A model generated the notes under the pieces. The model saw only the letters and a program-made list of their open reading frames with translations. It had not been told where the DNA came from and searched no databases. Shown here one piece after another: positions 62,920 through 64,000 of a stretch of 64,000 nucleotides of DNA (position 1 is its first letter; each line of letters begins with the position of its first letter). A program made the position numbers and the translations under genes. Where the stretch lies: positions 4,064,001 to 4,128,000 of the forward strand of contig OY760175.1 of the NCBI GenBank assembly GCA_963663165.1. Reading direction: 5' to 3'. Source of the DNA: an uncultured Desulfospira sp. Lineage in GTDB: Bacteria > Desulfobacterota > Desulfobacteria > Desulfobacterales > Desulfobacteraceae.

Positions 62920-63268
62920 TTGCTCACCTCATTATATTTATTGGGGTCTCATTGGATATGAATTCTCTTATCTAAGAAATAATATTTTTTATTGACAAAT
63001 AGAAAATCCTTATTTTATTAAGTTTTTATTATAACATCCTAAAAAATATTTCAAATAGAAAGTCAGTGCTGACGCATGAATAAAAAAAGGTTGGCTTTAG
63101 TCGATCTAACCACTCCCTTTGGGGGGAGATCCAGCCTTTTTTAATTCAAAAAGGCAGTCCTTCAGACACTGACTATGGCCGAAACGAAAGACGGTCCTTC
63201 GGTCCGAACATAGCGTTCCCACCTCTCTGCTTGGGAGAGTGTTTTCGATTACCCGTCCGTCGTTGCCG

Positions 63269-64000
63269 TCATACTAATCGGAGTTGAAAGGGAGTGGACA
63301 GACGATCTTCCAGCCACATGTAATCCAGCCACGGGCCGGACATGGTATCCCGGACTAAACGAATCAGGCCCCGTGCGCCGGTATCTTCAATAATCCTGGC
63401 AAGCCGCTGCGAGTATCTGGCCAAAACGTTAAACATATGGCCCAGGCGCATCAAGGCATGATACCCTTTCATGACGTTCCAATCATACGAAAAACAGTGC
63501 TCGTACTCATATCCATGATGTTTCTCAACGAGAATACCGGTTTCAATACACCAACGGGAACGGGCGGCTATGTTGCATCGTTCGTGAAGATTAAATCTGT
63601 CCAAAGGTTCGCTGGACAACCACACATGACGACTATTTTTCTTTTCCGGTTGACCGCTTTCCCGGCTAACCTCTTTCCAGCTCTCTTTGCATTCAACAAC
63701 GTGCAGGATTTGACTTTTCTTGCCGTTCGGACCAAACCGGTAGTCAATGGCGTTGATCCACCGAAAAACCTGTTTCCTATTGCCCCATGTGTGTTGGTGG
63801 CAGTTTTCTGTATCGAGTGCGGCAAGCGTTTCAAATTCATTCATTACGCTGGGTAGAGCGTCATCTTTCAGTACAATCATGAACTGCCATTTGTTTGTTC
63901 GGCAAATTTCTGCCACGGGGCCATTGGCATAAAGCCCATCCAAAAGCACCATAATTTTTAGGGCGGGAAATGCCGCCTTCAGGCAAGAGGCTAACCGGTA
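63269..64000 (-). mobile_element. DDE transposase (IS4-superfamily-like), 3' part; runs off the right edge
   Basis: LLDGLYA (second D) and ARSRWCIE (R-W-x-I-E) motifs; the IS end probably lies near 63060. Confidence 0.8.

Overview
A 64-kb chromosomal window, most likely from a sulfate-reducing deltaproteobacterium of the Desulfobacteraceae type (inferred from gene content). From left to right it holds: the 5' part of pyruvate:ferredoxin oxidoreductase; a split RdgC-like pair; MarR; htpX; a decayed BsuBI/PstI-type restriction-modification system; a tandem-RHH protein divergent from three Hsp20 genes; a sugar porter and glucokinase. A defence island follows (RAYT remnant with a REP, Wadjet jetABC, an antisense HNH nuclease, jetD, and an AAA-DUF4143 gene with 22-bp-period upstream repeats). 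Next come a hybrid sensor kinase, a chemoreceptor, two DUF1254/1214 proteins, and a large flagellin with a repetitive insert. Upstream of the flagellin is a full-length but apparently catalytically dead IS481-type transposase homologue. The remainder holds an anti-sigma/Spy-like/ECF trio, a sensor-less sigma54 activator, two RACo/ASKHA genes, a lactate operon (GlcD-like, FeS-FlpD fusion, larA), a MalT/SARP regulator, an ion transporter with an eIF2B-like pseudoenzyme, hypCFDE, a PEP-CTERM-type protein and a transposase. Intergenic spaces carry many period-7 tandem repeats, several in hairpins, and MITE-like palindromes. The best candidates for novelty are the possibly domesticated IS481 protein beside the flagellin, the HNH-interrupted Wadjet, the transporter/eIF2B-like pair with a structured leader, and the RHH-Hsp20 divergon. 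All family calls come from motif recognition by eye; no database search was run.
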